A DNA stretch of 64,000 nucleotides from positions 89,714,001-89,778,000 of the forward strand of contig OX597816.1 of assembly GCA_951406725.2 (NCBI GenBank), written 5' to 3'. A program made the translations under genes and the position numbers. Positions 27,983 to 41,264 of this stretch are shown here, one piece after another. The notes beneath the pieces were generated by a model that saw nothing but the letters and a program-made list of their open reading frames with translations, had not been told where the DNA came from and made no database searches. The DNA comes from Octopus vulgaris (taxonomy: Eukaryota). The first letter of the stretch is position 1. Every line of letters begins with the position of its first letter.

Positions 27983-28291
27983 ATGTATGTGTGTATGTAT
28001 ATGTATATGTTTGTATGCGTGTGTATATATGTATACATATGTGCATAGGTATAAGTGAGAATCTCCTTATTTACCTAAAACTCTATCCCCCTTTTTCTTA
28101 TATATATATATATATATATATATATTTTTATTTTTTATTTTTTATTTATCCTTCTATCTAATTTAACACTGACTCCTTGACCACTCCCCCAAGTATGATA
28201 TTTTGCGCTATGCCTACCCCCAAAAAGTCCCCCACCAACACCCCTTTAAACCTGCCTAAATGTATAAATGCCAATACAATTCTTGTTAACT

Positions 28292-28342
28292 AGCTTCCTG
28301 AAGATTTCTCTTGAATGAAACAGTTCTAGTCCTGTAGAAGCT
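28292..28342 (+). ncRNA. Type I hammerhead ribozyme, canonical core
   Basis: Stem I agcttc/gaagct, CUGAAGA, short stem II ttc/gaa with U-U first pair, GAAA, stem III acag/ctgt, GUA cleavage triplet ending at 28336. Confidence 0.85.
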
Positions 28343-28360
28343 CCTTCTATATAATAAATA

Positions 28361-28417
<57 letters not shown>

Positions 28418-28419
<2 letters not shown>

Positions 28420-28585
28420 GATAGGCTTCTTTCAGTTTCCGTCTACCAAATTCACTCACAAGACGTTGATCGGCTCGAGGTTACAGTAGAAGACATTTAC
28501 CCAGGATGCCACGCAGTGGAGACTGAACTCGGAACTATGTGGTTGGGAAGCAAGCTTCTTACCACACAGCTACGCCTTTGCCTAT
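28418..28585 (-). mobile_element. Family B SINE, 5' (tRNA-like) half
   Basis: ggcttctttcagtttccgtctaccaaa...gccacgcagtgg.gactgaac... Confidence 0.8.
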
Positions 28586-28629
28586 ATATAATAAATAAGT
28601 ATTTATATAATGAATTATTTTATAAAAAA

Positions 28630-29720
28630 TATATTTTTATTATAAAACCAATATATTTTTTCATAGAATTCAGTACACATAACAAAAGTTTATCAACTTC
28701 GTTTAGTGCCTTGAAACGACTAAATACATTGATCAGTTTATTTTTATTCATGTTAGCTATAATATCCCCAACAGGTCTTGGTATTGTGTGCATAGTTGTA
28801 GGTCTTCCTCACAAGCACGCTCCAGACGTAGTAGTCCAGAGGGTTGAATCAAGGGAGTTAAGAGGTTAAGTGTCAGCAGAAATATGATCGGGAGAATTTT
28901 CAGTCATCTACTCCTGGGCCGTGCAGGCTGTGTGAAAGGGAGCTGAGTCAAGCTGGAACACGTACTGCTCCCCCGACCCGAGCAATCCTCTAGATCCAGG
29001 GCTTCACAACTGTCTCTATTGTCTAGATGTAGTATACTGCTTGAACCTAAAATATTGTGGAAAAAAGTGAGAAGGCATGACATTGCCTTCATTACAAACG
29101 AACCCCAAGACCATCAAAGACGGGAACTTGATGTGCCCAACAGTAGAGACTTCAATAAGTCTGACGCAGGGCGTCTGTCATTTCTCCTGTTTACTTTTTG
29201 GTATTGGACAAAGTCTCATTCGAAAAAAACCAGATTATGTAGGGCTCTTCGGTGTGCTTGAGTCTGTTCTGTTTAGCAAGCGCCTCGACTAGATTGCACG
29301 GTTCTCTCAGATGTTACCAGATATGAACTGCCCTCTTCTCATAACATAGGATTTGTACCTGATGTTTTCGTGCACCACAAATCTAATCGTTGACCCCAAC
29401 TCAAAGAGGTAATTAGCTACAGCCTTCTTTGACTTCGGAATTCTCATTGATAGTACCCTGGACTTGCTGGACAAACTCGACTTTTCTGACAATGTCGAAT
29501 CACCGAGAATGTTTTTCTTTTGTTAGCCACGGACGACACATTGCCCCCAGTGACCAGAAGCTCTTTTCTTATTACAAACACGAAGGACCTGGCAGACATT
29601 GTAGTCTCAGAATCATTATCGTTGGCGGTAAAGTAACGAGAAGTGCATGCCTTTTCATCGTCTGCGTTAGATTCGAAGCTTCTATGTTCAGCTGAAAAAA
29701 AGAGAGGATATTTAGTTAAA
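28630..29720 (-). mobile_element. Degenerate Tc1/mariner (maT/DD37D-like) transposon
   Basis: NSLD.NPLDYYVWSVL motif near 28810-28865, VFQ.DSAP.HT near 28925-28965, STIRFVVHENIRYKSY. Confidence 0.65.
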
Positions 29721-30899
29721 ATTTGGTTCTCAAATAGCTGATGCACATTGTATACACAAAAGGTAGGTAATTTTCTTCTGTCCTATGTCCATCAATACTC
29801 ACTCTAGGATAGCATGTTACTTAAAGTTATTAACGCCAAGCAAAAAGGAACTGAAAAATCCCCATGAGATATTGTTCTTCTATGATTAGTTTCATTAATG
29901 CCTTCGTTTTAAGAGATTCTTTTTTCTTTTCTTCGTTTGCACTATCCGAATTTTTTGTTCTTTTCAAATTTTCCAGGATTAATGAATGAAGACCACTATC
30001 AAGTTATTCCGATATTCAATATACGCCGTACTCACAACCTCCTTTCTCATTTCCCACTCTTCGGTCGAAATTTTATTTTTATTGTTTATGTTATATAAAT
30101 ATTTGATGCTTTATTTTTTATCTTTTGAAATTGAGTTCATTTTTCCTTATAAACATTCACCCTCAGCGTTATGGTAGCCATTAAGGACTTGTTAAGCGGT
30201 AGGCAGATTTTTGGTCTGTAATTGTTCAGCTTCATGTTTCATTGGGCTTGGAAGAATAAACTGGGATTATAATTGGTATATCACAGCTTATAATATTACA
30301 CACTTCGCTTTTACATGTGATCATATCTACTCCCCGGCTGATGATATACTATCACTTTACACAGAGAACTCGAAATTCATTTTCGATAGACCATTCTTAC
30401 TGGTATTAATAACAATATTCATTTACTTAAGCCTCCACAAATAAGACATTGGTTTTGCCGATCAGGGAGAGCCTGCAAAAGCCATTGACACTGTCCTATC
30501 CTCCGGATCCAGTAAGTAAAAAAGAAAAACTTAATTCTGAGTCTGTCTTTCGTTGGGTTGTAGTGGGTCTACGGTTTAAGGTAGCTGGTTGCATAGACCA
30601 CAGCTTTGTGGCTCTTACACTCAACTCAGAAAAGACGAATATTGAACGTCCCAGTTACAGGAAGACGAACGAGTCCTTTCGAGGCGGAAAGATTTCATGG
30701 ATCATACCAGTAGACTAGTTAAACTCGAGAATTTATACGAACTACCATCTGCAGCATGTGGTAGATTTCGCTAAAAACAAGAATGAGAGAGGCTTCTCTT
30801 AATTTTAAAAATAGCTATAAGGAACAATAGCATAATAAAGAAACGAGTTAATCGAATAGAAAAAAGAGGCATCGCAAGCGATGTGTCAGAGGTGAGAAT

Positions 30900-31560
30900 G
30901 GCTCCAGACTATTTCTTCTATCCGAAACAATCTCCACCTCATGCAAATACATCGTAGAGCGGATTGGAAAACGATCTAGCATTGGCAGGGTCCTGCTCAG
31001 TTTAGATCAGTCCGAAGTATTTGATGGGATGGACCATCACTACATTCCGGCCGTCAATAACTGCCGGGTTCAGATGAACCGTTTAGCATCGAACACTCGG
31101 TCCATCAAGGATGATCATTCGCCTCTCTCCTGTATGTTTAGACTCTGAAGTCTTTGCTGTGGAAGACGGGAAGTTTGAGGTGTATCTGAGTCACTTAGGA
31201 ACCGCATCGGCATACGTGCACGATACCACTGTCAAGGTGTCCGAAACTTCAGGCATAGACAATACTGAAAGTGTACCAGGTATGTAAAGGAGCACTTGTA
31301 AACCAGTATCGGTCGATGAACTTACAACTACGTACTAAGTGACGCAAGTCTATGTTCACCAGCTGTTATTTCTGTCACTGGACTGAGGGTTCAAGCGCTT
31401 GGTGTCTGGTTCGAGCAGACCTCTATATGGATAGGAGCTGGGAAGAGGTTACGATCAGGGTAGCCAATCTCACTCAGAAATGAGCTAAGAGCAAATTTTC
31501 TCTAAAAGGTCGGCTGGAAGTAAGTATTTCATACACTGCCCGTGTGGTATTCTACCGCCA
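30900..31560 (+). mobile_element. Highly decayed L1/Tx1-like RT fragment
   Basis: NNLHLM..IVE, LLSLDQSEVFDGMDH (cf. [12 protein letters not shown]) and SAYVHDTTV (cf. AYADD). Confidence 0.55.
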
Positions 31561-31757
31561 GGTCCTCTTACTTGGCCCCAAGAAATCTTTGACCAAATTG
31601 GAGTACATTCCCGTTTTTACGGTTTAAGTTCAAATAACACCACGACTTAGCTTTCATCTTTTTGACATCTATAAAATAAGCACCAGTTAAACACTGGGCT
31701 CTAATTGACCTATCCCTCCCTCGAAATTGCTGACTTTCTGCCGATATTTGAAATCAA

Positions 31758-31801
<44 letters not shown>

Positions 31802-31889
31802 TGGCATAAAAACTATCCACCTGTTACAACAAATAAGAAAAACTGTTTTATGGTGAAATTTACGATGTAATACAATGCAATAAATATTT

Positions 31890-33420
31890 GTTTCAAATTT
31901 TAGCACAAGGCTAGCAAGATCGAGGTAGAGTAAGTCGATTACATCGACCACAATCTTCAACTGGTACTTACTTTATCAACTCCGAAAGTATGAAAGACAA
32001 AGTCGACCTCAGCAGATTTTGAACTCAGATCATGTAGACGGGAAAAATGCCGCTAAGTATTTATGCCCAGCTTGCTAACGATTCTGCCAGTTCGTCGACA
32101 AATATAATACAATGAATATTAAAAAGAGAGGAAGAGAGAAGAGAGAGAAAGAATTTTTGTGCGTGTAGTGTCATTGGTAAAGCAATTCTTTTCTATTCTA
32201 GGCACAAGGCCTGAAATTTGGGGGGAGGGAGCCAGTCGATTAGATCGACTCCAGTACGCAAATGGTACTTAATTCATCGACCCCGAAAGGATGAAAGGCA
32301 AAGTCGACCTCGGCGGAATTTGAACTCGGAGCGTAAAGACAGACGAAATACCTATTTCTTTACTACCCACAAGGGCTAAACACAGAGAGGACAAACGAGG
32401 ACAGACAAACGGATTAAGTCGATTATATCGACCCCAGTGCGTGACTGGTACTTATTTAATCGACCCCGAAAGGATGAAAGGCAAAGTCAACCTCGGCGGA
32501 ATTTGAACTCAGAACGTAGCGGCAGACGAAATACAGCTAAGCATTTCACCCGGCGTGCTAACGTTTCTGCCAGCTCACCACCTTCTCATTGGTAAAGCAA
32601 TTCGTAGTTCGAATGAGGAGAACAATTTGATCGGCGTTTACAGTCTAGGAAAGGGGAAGTGAAACCCACGTCGCGGGCGCAATTTCACCCGCAAGTGCAT
32701 TTTATTGCTCCCGAGGTTTGGTATATTCGTATGTACAAGATATAGTAAATTTTTCAATTATAAAATTTGTACAATATTCGTATGTCTACTTGCGACATAG
32801 GTCAGGTGACCACTACGACTTAAAACGGTTAAACTCGGACAGAAAATCGTCCGGTAATTGCCATTTGTACGAAAATTTTGTTTTCACTATAAAACACACA
32901 CCGCTAGGTTTGTACCACCCCTTGAGACCCAACTACACTCTAGCTGAAATATAAAGAATAAGTACTATTAACGTCCTAAATTCAGTGGCGGTGTTAATGA
33001 AGATGTTACGCGTTAATTTAATGTCAAACTTATCTTTATTAATGTATATCGAATTATACATACATATATACATGAGTAACACAGAGTTAGAACTTGTGAT
33101 TCGCCCGCAAACCTTTTACTCTGGAAACTTTTTACAAAAAAGTTTCCCCACCACTAGTCTAGGAGAAAAAGTAAACTTGTTTTTCTTATTTCTTTATTGC
33201 CCACAAGGGGCTGAACATAGAGGGGACAAACAAGGACAGACAAAGTGATTAAGTCGATTAGATCGAACCCAGTGCGTAACTGGTACTTAATTTATCGACC
33301 CCGAAAGGATGAAAGGCAAAGTCGACCTCGGCGGAATTTGAACTCAGAACGTAACGGCAGACAAAATACTGCTAAGCATTTCGCCCGGCGTGCTAGCGTT
33401 TCTGCCAGCTCGCTGCCTTG
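31890..33420 (-). mobile_element. Cluster of family A SINEs (31890-32100, nested pair 32195-32585, 33185-33420)
   Basis: ccccgaaaggatgaaaggcaaagtcgacctcggcggaatttgaactc core. Confidence 0.85.
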
Positions 33421-33596
33421 TAAAGTTGTTTTTCTGTTAAAATCAATCTATAACAGCCGTCACTTTTGTCGTGTTTCTTTTGTTTCTTTTTACTGCCAAC
33501 ATTGGAAATCATTTCTCTGCTCTATTGGAAATCGAACTTTGTTTTTTTTTTGTAAAACTTCAGCATGTGACCAAGGAAGTTAAATTGTACGTCTTT

Positions 33597-33657
<61 letters not shown>

Positions 33658-33929
33658 TTCTCTCTCATACACACACACACACACACACACAAACGCACAG
33701 ATACACTCGTGGGTAGTTGCGTACGGTATATGTGCGTGTGAGTGTGCGTAATTGTGTTTATATGCACATACACATGCATACACACACATACATACATACA
33801 TACATGCAAACAAACAAACATGTAATAAAACTAAACAGGTGTTCGGGGCAAGCTGCACAGGCATACACTGAAATCGAATTTTATGTCAATAGTCATTTAA
33901 TATATAAGTGCATGTAATATTGTATACAT

Positions 33930-34272
33930 ACGGGCGTGGCCGTATAGTAAGAAGTTTGCCTCCCTGCTAAGTGGTTCCGGGTTCAGACCCAGTGTGTGGT
34001 ACCGTGGGCAAGTGTATTCCATTATAGACTCGGGCTGACCAAAGCCTTGTGAGTGGATTCGGTAGACAGAATTGTGTGTATGTGTTTGTGTGTATGTGTG
34101 TGTGTTAGGCCCTTACCACCACCACCACCACTTGACAACCGCTGTTGGTGTGTTCACATGCCCGTAACTTAACGCTTCGGCAAAAGGAACTGATAGAATA
34201 AGTATCAGCCTTTACAAAAAAATAAGTACTGGAGTCGATTAGTTCGACTAAGATTTTTCAAGGCGGCGCCTC
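33930..34272 (+). mobile_element. Family B SINE
   Basis: tRNA-like head ggcgtggccgtatagtaagaagtttg...ggttccgggttcag. Confidence 0.8.
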
Positions 34273-34344
34273 TGAATAAATAAAGGTTAAAGGATATATA
34301 TGTAAGAAAATTATCCGTTAGAAAATTTCCATTCGAGGTAATTT

Positions 34345-34392
<48 letters not shown>

Positions 34393-34402
34393 CCTCGAAT
34401 GG

Positions 34403-34455
<53 letters not shown>

Positions 34456-34458
<3 letters not shown>

Positions 34459-34918
34459 GAAAGAAGGTTTGAAAATGCAATTTAAAAGATGTTTATTTAC
34501 TTTACCGGTTACACTCTTTGGAAAAAAATTGTCAAAAGTAACATGTGGAAGTTTGGTTGCGTTAATTATTGGTTGTTGCAAATTGCTACATTACATATAT
34601 ACAGTCTTTGGTAACAGGGACATGTTAATGACATAAAAAAGTTCAACAAGTTCCTTAAAATATTGGGCACAAAAGATTACATAAATAATCGTTCTCAAAG
34701 ACATACTTAAGATAGTTTCCAAAAGGAATTGATATTGGTATTGTATCTGAATATTCAAACATGCACAGAATATTGGTTGACACAGAGTACTATAATCCAT
34801 ATAAATATACATTCTTTGGTGACAACAGTATGTTGAGAGTATAAAAAAGTTTAACAAGCTCATTGAAATAATGGGCACAAAAGATTAAAACAAATATATT
34901 ATACATCTCAAGGTAATT
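34456..34918. repeat. Unclassified repeat; inverted copy at ~43807-44250
   Basis: Mirror ORFs 34591-/43844+ and 34390-/44125+. Confidence 0.9.
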
Positions 34919-35003
34919 GCCGAAGCGCTAAGTAACGGGGACATAAACACACCAGCATCGGTTGTCAAGCAATGCTAGGGGGACAAACACAGACACACAA
35001 ACG

Positions 35004-35063
<60 letters not shown>

Positions 35064-35215
35064 TACGACTGGCTTCTTTCAGTTTCCTTCTACCAAATCC
35101 ACTCACAAGGCTTTGGTCGGCCCGAGGCTATAGTAGAAGACACTTGCCCAAGATGCCACGCAGTGGGACTGAACCCGGAACCATGTGGTTGGTTAGGAAG
35201 CTACTTGCCACGCAG

Positions 35216-35220
<5 letters not shown>
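34918..35220 (-). mobile_element. Family B SINE, partial
   Basis: Near-identical to 57570-57880. Confidence 0.85.
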
Positions 35221-35257
<37 letters not shown>

Positions 35258-35317
35258 ATATATTATATATATATGTATCAATATATATAAAATATGTATA
35301 TAATATACTATATATAT

Positions 35318-35383
<66 letters not shown>

Positions 35384-35416
35384 TCTGTGTATATCAATAT
35401 ATATATACATATATAT

Positions 35417-35482
<66 letters not shown>

Positions 35483-35552
35483 CTGCGTGGCAAGTAGCTT
35501 CCTAACCAACCACATGGTTCCGGGTTCAGTCCCACTGCGTGGCATCTTGGGC

Positions 35553-35554
<2 letters not shown>

Positions 35555-35590
<36 letters not shown>

Positions 35591-37488
35591 TGGCATAAAA
35601 ACTATCCACCTGTTACAACAAATAAGAAAAACTGTTTTATGGTGAAATTTACGATGTAATACAATGCAATAAATATTTGTTTCAAATTTTAGCACAAGGC
35701 TAGCAAGATCGAGATAGAGTAAGTCGATTACATCGACCACAATCTTCAACTGGTACTTATTTTATCAACTCCGAAAGTATGAAAGACAAAGTCGACCTCA
35801 GCAGATTTTGAACTCAGATCATGTAGACGGAAAAATGCCGCTAAGTATTTATGCCCAGCTTGCTAACGATTCTGCCAGTTCGTCGACAAATATAATACAA
35901 TGAATATTAAAAAGAGAAGAAGAGAGAAGAGAGAGAGAGAGAGAGAAAGAATTTTTGTGCGTGTAGTGTCATTGGTAAAGCAATTCTTTTCTATTCTAGG
36001 CACAAGGCCTGAAATTTGGGGGAGGGAGCCAGTCGATTAGATCGACTCCAGTACGCAACTGGTATTTAATTTATCGACCCCGAAAGGATGAAAGGCAAAG
36101 TCGACCTCGGCGGAATTTGAACTCAGAGCGTAAAGACAGACGAAATACCTATTTCTTTACTACCCACAAGGGGCTAAACACAGAGAGGACAAACGAGGAC
36201 AGACAAACGGATTAAGTCGATTATATCGACCCCAGTGCGTAACTGGTACTTATTTAATCGACTCCGAAAGGATGAAAGGCAAAGTCAACCTCGGCGGAAT
36301 TTGAACTCAGAACGTAGCGGCAGACGAAATACAGCTAAGCATTTCGCCCGGCGTGCTAACGTTTCTGCCAGCTCACCACCTTCTCATTGGTAAAGCAATT
36401 CGTAGTTCGAATGAGGAGAACAATTTGATCGGCGTTTACAGTCTAGGAAAGGGGAAGTGAAATCCACGTCGCGGGCGCAATTTCACCCGCAAGTGCATTT
36501 TATTGCTCCCGAAGTTTGGTATATTCGTATGTACAAGATATAGTAAATTTTTCAATTATAAAATTTGTACAATATTCGTATGTCTACTTGCGACATAGGT
36601 CACGTGTCCACTACGACTTAAAACGGTTAAACTCGGACAGAAAATCGTCCGGTAATTGCCATTTGTACGAAAATTTTGTTTTCACTATAAAACACACACC
36701 GCTAGGTTTGTACCACCCCTTGAGACCCAACTACTCTCTAGCTGAAATATAAAGAATAAGTAATATTAACGTCCTAAATTCAGTGGCGGTGTTAATGAAG
36801 ATGTTACGCGTTAATTTAATGTCAAACTTATCTGTATTAATGTATATCGACTTATACATACATATATACATGAGTAACACAGAGTTAGAACTTGTGATTC
36901 GCCCGCAAACCTTTTACTCTGGAAACTTTTTACAAAAAAGTTTCCCCACCACTAGTCTAGGAGAAAAAGTAAACTTGTTTTTCTTATTTCTTTATTGCCC
37001 ACAAGGTGCTACACACAGAGGGGAGAAATAAGGACTGACAAAGGGATTAAGTCGATTACATCGACCCCAGTGTATAATTGGTGCTTAATTTATCGACTCT
37101 TAAAGGATGAAAGGCAAAGTCGACCTCGGCGAAATTTGAACTCAGAACGTAGCGGCAGACGAAATACTGCTAAGCATTTCACTCGGCGTGCTAACGTTTC
37201 TTAATTCTTTATTGCCCACAAGGGGCTGAACATAGAGGGGACAAACAAGGACAGACAAAGTGATTAAGTCGATTAGATCGAACCCAGTGCGTAACACAGA
37301 CACACAAACGCACATATATATATATATATACATATATACGACGGGCTTCTTTCAGTTTCCGTCTACCAAATCCACTCACAAGGCTTTGGTCGGCCCGAGG
37401 CTATAGTAGAAGACACTTGCCCAAGATGCCACGCAGTGGGACTGAACCCGGAACCATGTGGTTGGTTAGGAAGCTACTTGCCACGCAG

Positions 37489-37581
<93 letters not shown>

Positions 37582-37642
37582 AATATATTATATATATATA
37601 TATCAATATATATAAAATATGTATATAATATACTATATATAT

Positions 37643-37682
<40 letters not shown>

Positions 37683-37695
37683 TCTGTGTATATCA

Positions 37696-37762
<67 letters not shown>

Positions 37763-37765
37763 TAT

Positions 37766-37830
<65 letters not shown>
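35555..37830 (+). repeat. Second copy of the tandem duplication: lacks 33280-34986, has an extra SINE at ~36985-37200
   Basis: Junction gcgtaac|acagacacacaaacgca at ~37295 joins copies of 33280 and 34987. Confidence 0.88.
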
Positions 37831-37833
<3 letters not shown>

Positions 37834-39552
37834 CAGTGATGTCAACCCCCAACACACTATATCGGACATAACGTTTAGTGCCCCTGATGTCTTAGCGGCG
37901 ATAAACGAAATAAAACACAATTCAGCAGTAGGCCCCAATAGGTTCCCTGCTTGTGTCCTGAAGGTGTGTCGACACCAACTTGCATCTCCCCTTGCTAATC
38001 TGTGGAGAAACTCACTGGATGCTGGCTATATTCCAAAAAACCTTCTGCCCCAGTCTGTTGTCCCAGTTTTCAAAAAGGGAAACAAGTCCCTTGCAGTGAA
38101 CTACCGTCCGATCTCACTCACCTCTCATATCATCAAGGTATTTGAGAGGGTGGGGAGATCTCGAATAACCCAATTTCTGGAAAGCAACAGACGGCTGATC
38201 TCTAACCAACATGGGTTCCGTAATGGAAGGGACTGCCTAACGCAGCTCCTGCATCACTTTGATGACATTTTGAGAGCTTTGGGAGAGGGCCCCAACACCG
38301 ATGTCTTCTACATTGATTTCAGTAAGGCCTTCGACAGGGTCGATCACAAGATCCTATTGAAAAAATTATCCAGCATTGGTGTCTCTGGAAAGTTACTGAA
38401 ATGGATCAAGTGTTTCCTGACAGACAGATCTCAACATGTTGTAGTTGAAGGGGTAAGATCAAGCCCAGCCAAAGTCAGTAGTGGCGTTCCGCAAGGCACT
38501 GTGCTGGGCCCACTTCTTTTCATCATCTACATTAATGACATTAATGACATCATCAAGCACAGCAACATAAAAATCTTTGCAGATGATTCCAAGCTACAGA
38601 AGGTCATAAATGAGGCGAGTGACCGGACATGCCTTCAGTCAGATCTACTGGCTGTTATCCAATGGGCAGAAAAAAACAATATGCTGCTGAACGAGGATAA
38701 ATTTGAGTTAATCCACTTTGGAAAAGAGGATGCCCTGAAACTCCCATACTCCCTTCCTTCAGGTGAAACTCTCGCGGCGTCCAACAACATCAGAGACTTG
38801 GGAGTAATTGTGGACAACAACATAAGCTGGGCCACTCATATAAACACCAAAGTTGACATGGCCCGCAGAATGTGTTCCTGGATTCTCAGAACTTTCCAGT
38901 CGAGAGATATCCACACCATTATCCTTCTCTTCTCCACTTTTGCCCGACTCCACCTTGAATACTGTTGTCCACTGTGGTCTTCCCACACAATACAAAGTAT
39001 CATAAAAGTTGAAGCACCTCAAAGGGCAATCACAAGAAAGATAGATGGCATGACAGGCCTCGACTATTGGGGTCGACTAGAAAAGCTAAAACTTTATTCT
39101 CTCCAACGTCGTCGTGAGCGCTACATCATCTGCATGATGTGGAAAATATTCCATCAGCATTGCCCAAATGATGTTGGCATCACCTTTAAGGTACATCCAA
39201 GGCTTGGGCCCCGTGCCATCCGCCCAAAACAAAAGTCGCACTCTCATCTCATAACAACAATACGGCACAATTATTTCACCTCAATTGGCCCCGCTCTCTT
39301 TGACATTACACCAAAACACATTAAAACAGAAACTGACCCTATAGGGTTCAAGAAGTCTTTGGACAGATTCCTTCAAGAAATCCCGGATAAACCCCCTACA
39401 CCCGGATATGTCTCTGTAAACAATAACTCTCTACTTGAGTGGGCCATAGTGCCCAAATTCTGACTTGAAAGACTTCACCAGGTGGTGCTATTAAGTTAGA
39501 CATGGCCTGGGCCAATAATGGCCGAAACCTATCAAAGTATCAAAGTATCAAA

Positions 39553-39555
<3 letters not shown>
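37830..39555 (+). mobile_element. CR1-group LINE, 5'-truncated, RT frame open, inserted in (TA)n
   Basis: [40 protein letters not shown]; tail (ATCAAAGT)x3. Confidence 0.93.
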
Positions 39556-39613
<58 letters not shown>

Positions 39614-39738
39614 TCTATATACATATATCTATTTATATATATATATACATATATCTGTATATATCAATATATATATATATATGTCAATATATATACATAT
39701 ATCCATATACATATATCTATATACATACATATATATAT

Positions 39739-39774
<36 letters not shown>

Positions 39775-40034
39775 GTATATCTATATACATATATATATAT
39801 ACATATATATATATACATATATCTATATACATATATCTATATACATATATTTATATACATATAAACTAATAGTTATCGCCATACTAATATGGCATTCTTA
39901 TAAAAATAAGAAAAAAGCTGTCCGCTTATTAGCTCCATGAGGCCATCGCCTTAAGTTAGCTATTTGATACACAAACTGTATCCATATAACCTTCGAACAA
40001 GGGAGGTCAGTCGCTCCACACTACTTGACCGGCA

Positions 40035-40076
40035 GCTACAGACGCGTTTCGGGGTATTGCCCCTTTTCAATGCAGC
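40035..40076 (-). ncRNA. Minimal type I hammerhead, U3-A8 variant (A)
   Basis: GCUGCA-UUGAAAA-GGGGcaauaCCCC-GAAA-CGCGUC-UGUAGC. Confidence 0.85.
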
Positions 40077-40571
40077 GTAGCCAGCCAGTAGGTGTCGCTT
40101 CCGACAATCTCTGTTCGATGGTTTTATTTACCTAGTTTCGGTGGAATACATCCACTTGTTTTCAATAATAGAAATATTAAAATAACTAAGTCTCTCTAAA
40201 AGAGAACAGCGGCAGCGTTCCCGGAAAATAATAGTTATCGCCATACTAATATGGCATTCTTATAAAAATAAGAAAAAAGCTGTCCGCTTATTAGCTCCAT
40301 GAGGCCATCGCCTTAAGTTAGCTATTTGATACACAAACTGTATCCATATAACCTTCGAACAAGGAGGTCAGTCGCTCCACACTACTTGACCGGCAGCTAC
40401 AGACGCTTTCGGGGCCTTTTCAATGCAGCCAGCAGTAGGTGTCGCTTCCGACAATCTCTGTTCGATGGTTTTATTTACCTAGTTTCGGTGGAATACATCC
40501 ACTTGTTTTCAACTAGGTAAATAAAACCATCGAACAGAGATTGTCGGAAGCGACACCTACTGGCTGGCTAC

Positions 40572-40613
40572 GCTGCATTGAAAAGGGGCAATACCCCGAA
40601 ACGCGTCTGTAGC
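40572..40613 (+). ncRNA. Minimal type I hammerhead, variant A, inverted copy
   Basis: Exact reverse complement of 40035-40076. Confidence 0.85.
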
Positions 40614-40924
40614 TGCCGGTCAAGTAGTGTGGAGCGACTGACCTCCCTTGTTCGAAGGTTATATGGAAATATATATACATATATCTATATACAATAATAG
40701 AAATATTAAAATTACTAAGTCTCTATAAAAGACATTACGGCAGCGTTTACTGGAAATTAATTGTTATCGCCATATTAATATGGCATTCTTATAGATATAA
40801 GAATAATCGCTGCCATGGTCAAATCCATGAGGCCACCGCCATCAAGATAGCTATTGATACACATCTGTATCCATTATAACCTTCGAACAAGGGAGGTCAG
40901 CCGCTTCACACTGCCAGTCCGACA

Positions 40925-40966
40925 GCTACAGACGTGTTTCGGGGTATTGCCCCTTGTCAATGTAGC
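40925..40966 (-). ncRNA. Minimal type I hammerhead, variant B
   Basis: GCUACA-UUGACAA-GGGGcaauaCCCC-GAAA-CACGUC-UGUAGC. Confidence 0.85.
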
Positions 40967-41264
40967 GCAGTCAGACCCGCAGGTGTCGCCACTGACGTCG
41001 CTGTTCGAAGGCTTATATTTACCTAGTTTCAGTGGAATACATCCACTTGTTTTCAATAATAGAAATATTAAAATTACTAAGTCTCTATAAAAGACATTAC
41101 GGCAGCGTTTACTGGAAATTAATTGTTATCGCCATATTAATATGGCGATAACAATTAATATTGATACATGGAGCTGACCATGGCAGCGATTATTCTTATA
41201 TCTATAAGAATGCCATATTAATATGGCGATAACAATTAATATCTATATACATATATCTATATAA

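Larger units (their letters stand above)
24630..28360. repeat. 3.7-kb palindrome (arms ~24630-26395 and ~26560-28360), microsatellite-rich
   Basis: Mirror ORFs 25401+/26573- and 25753-/26541+; unique segments 25470-25600 and 27360-27490 are reverse complements with a few SNPs. Confidence 0.95.
31757..35480 (+). repeat. First copy of a tandem duplication (second, rearranged copy at 35555-37830)
   Basis: ORF pairs 32718/36516, 32985/36783 and 31754/35201 near-identical; the compound (TA)n pattern at 35220-35480 recurs at 37490-37830. Confidence 0.9.
39867..41240. mobile_element. Retrozyme-like cluster: 362-nt tandem units (variants A and B) with fold-back pieces
   Basis: Unit start 39867 recurs at 40229 and 40692 recurs at 41054 (both 362 nt); inverted segments at 40513-40668 and 41167-41240. 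Confidence 0.8.

Noticed and set aside
24808-28161. Long His/Thr/Tyr/Ile- or Val/Cys/Met-rich ORFs (also at 35200-39900, 42660-43700, 59400-59970)
   Set aside because: Translations of TA/CA microsatellites that lack stop codons; no protein motif.
37619-37830. N-terminal extension of the 614-aa RT ORF
   Set aside because: It is the (TA)n target tract read in frame; the LINE is 5'-truncated and lacks its endonuclease.
39505-39532. CR1 3' hairpin followed by GAAAC read as a hammerhead
   Set aside because: No CUGANGA-like segment or stem I/III; treated as an RT-recognition stem-loop.
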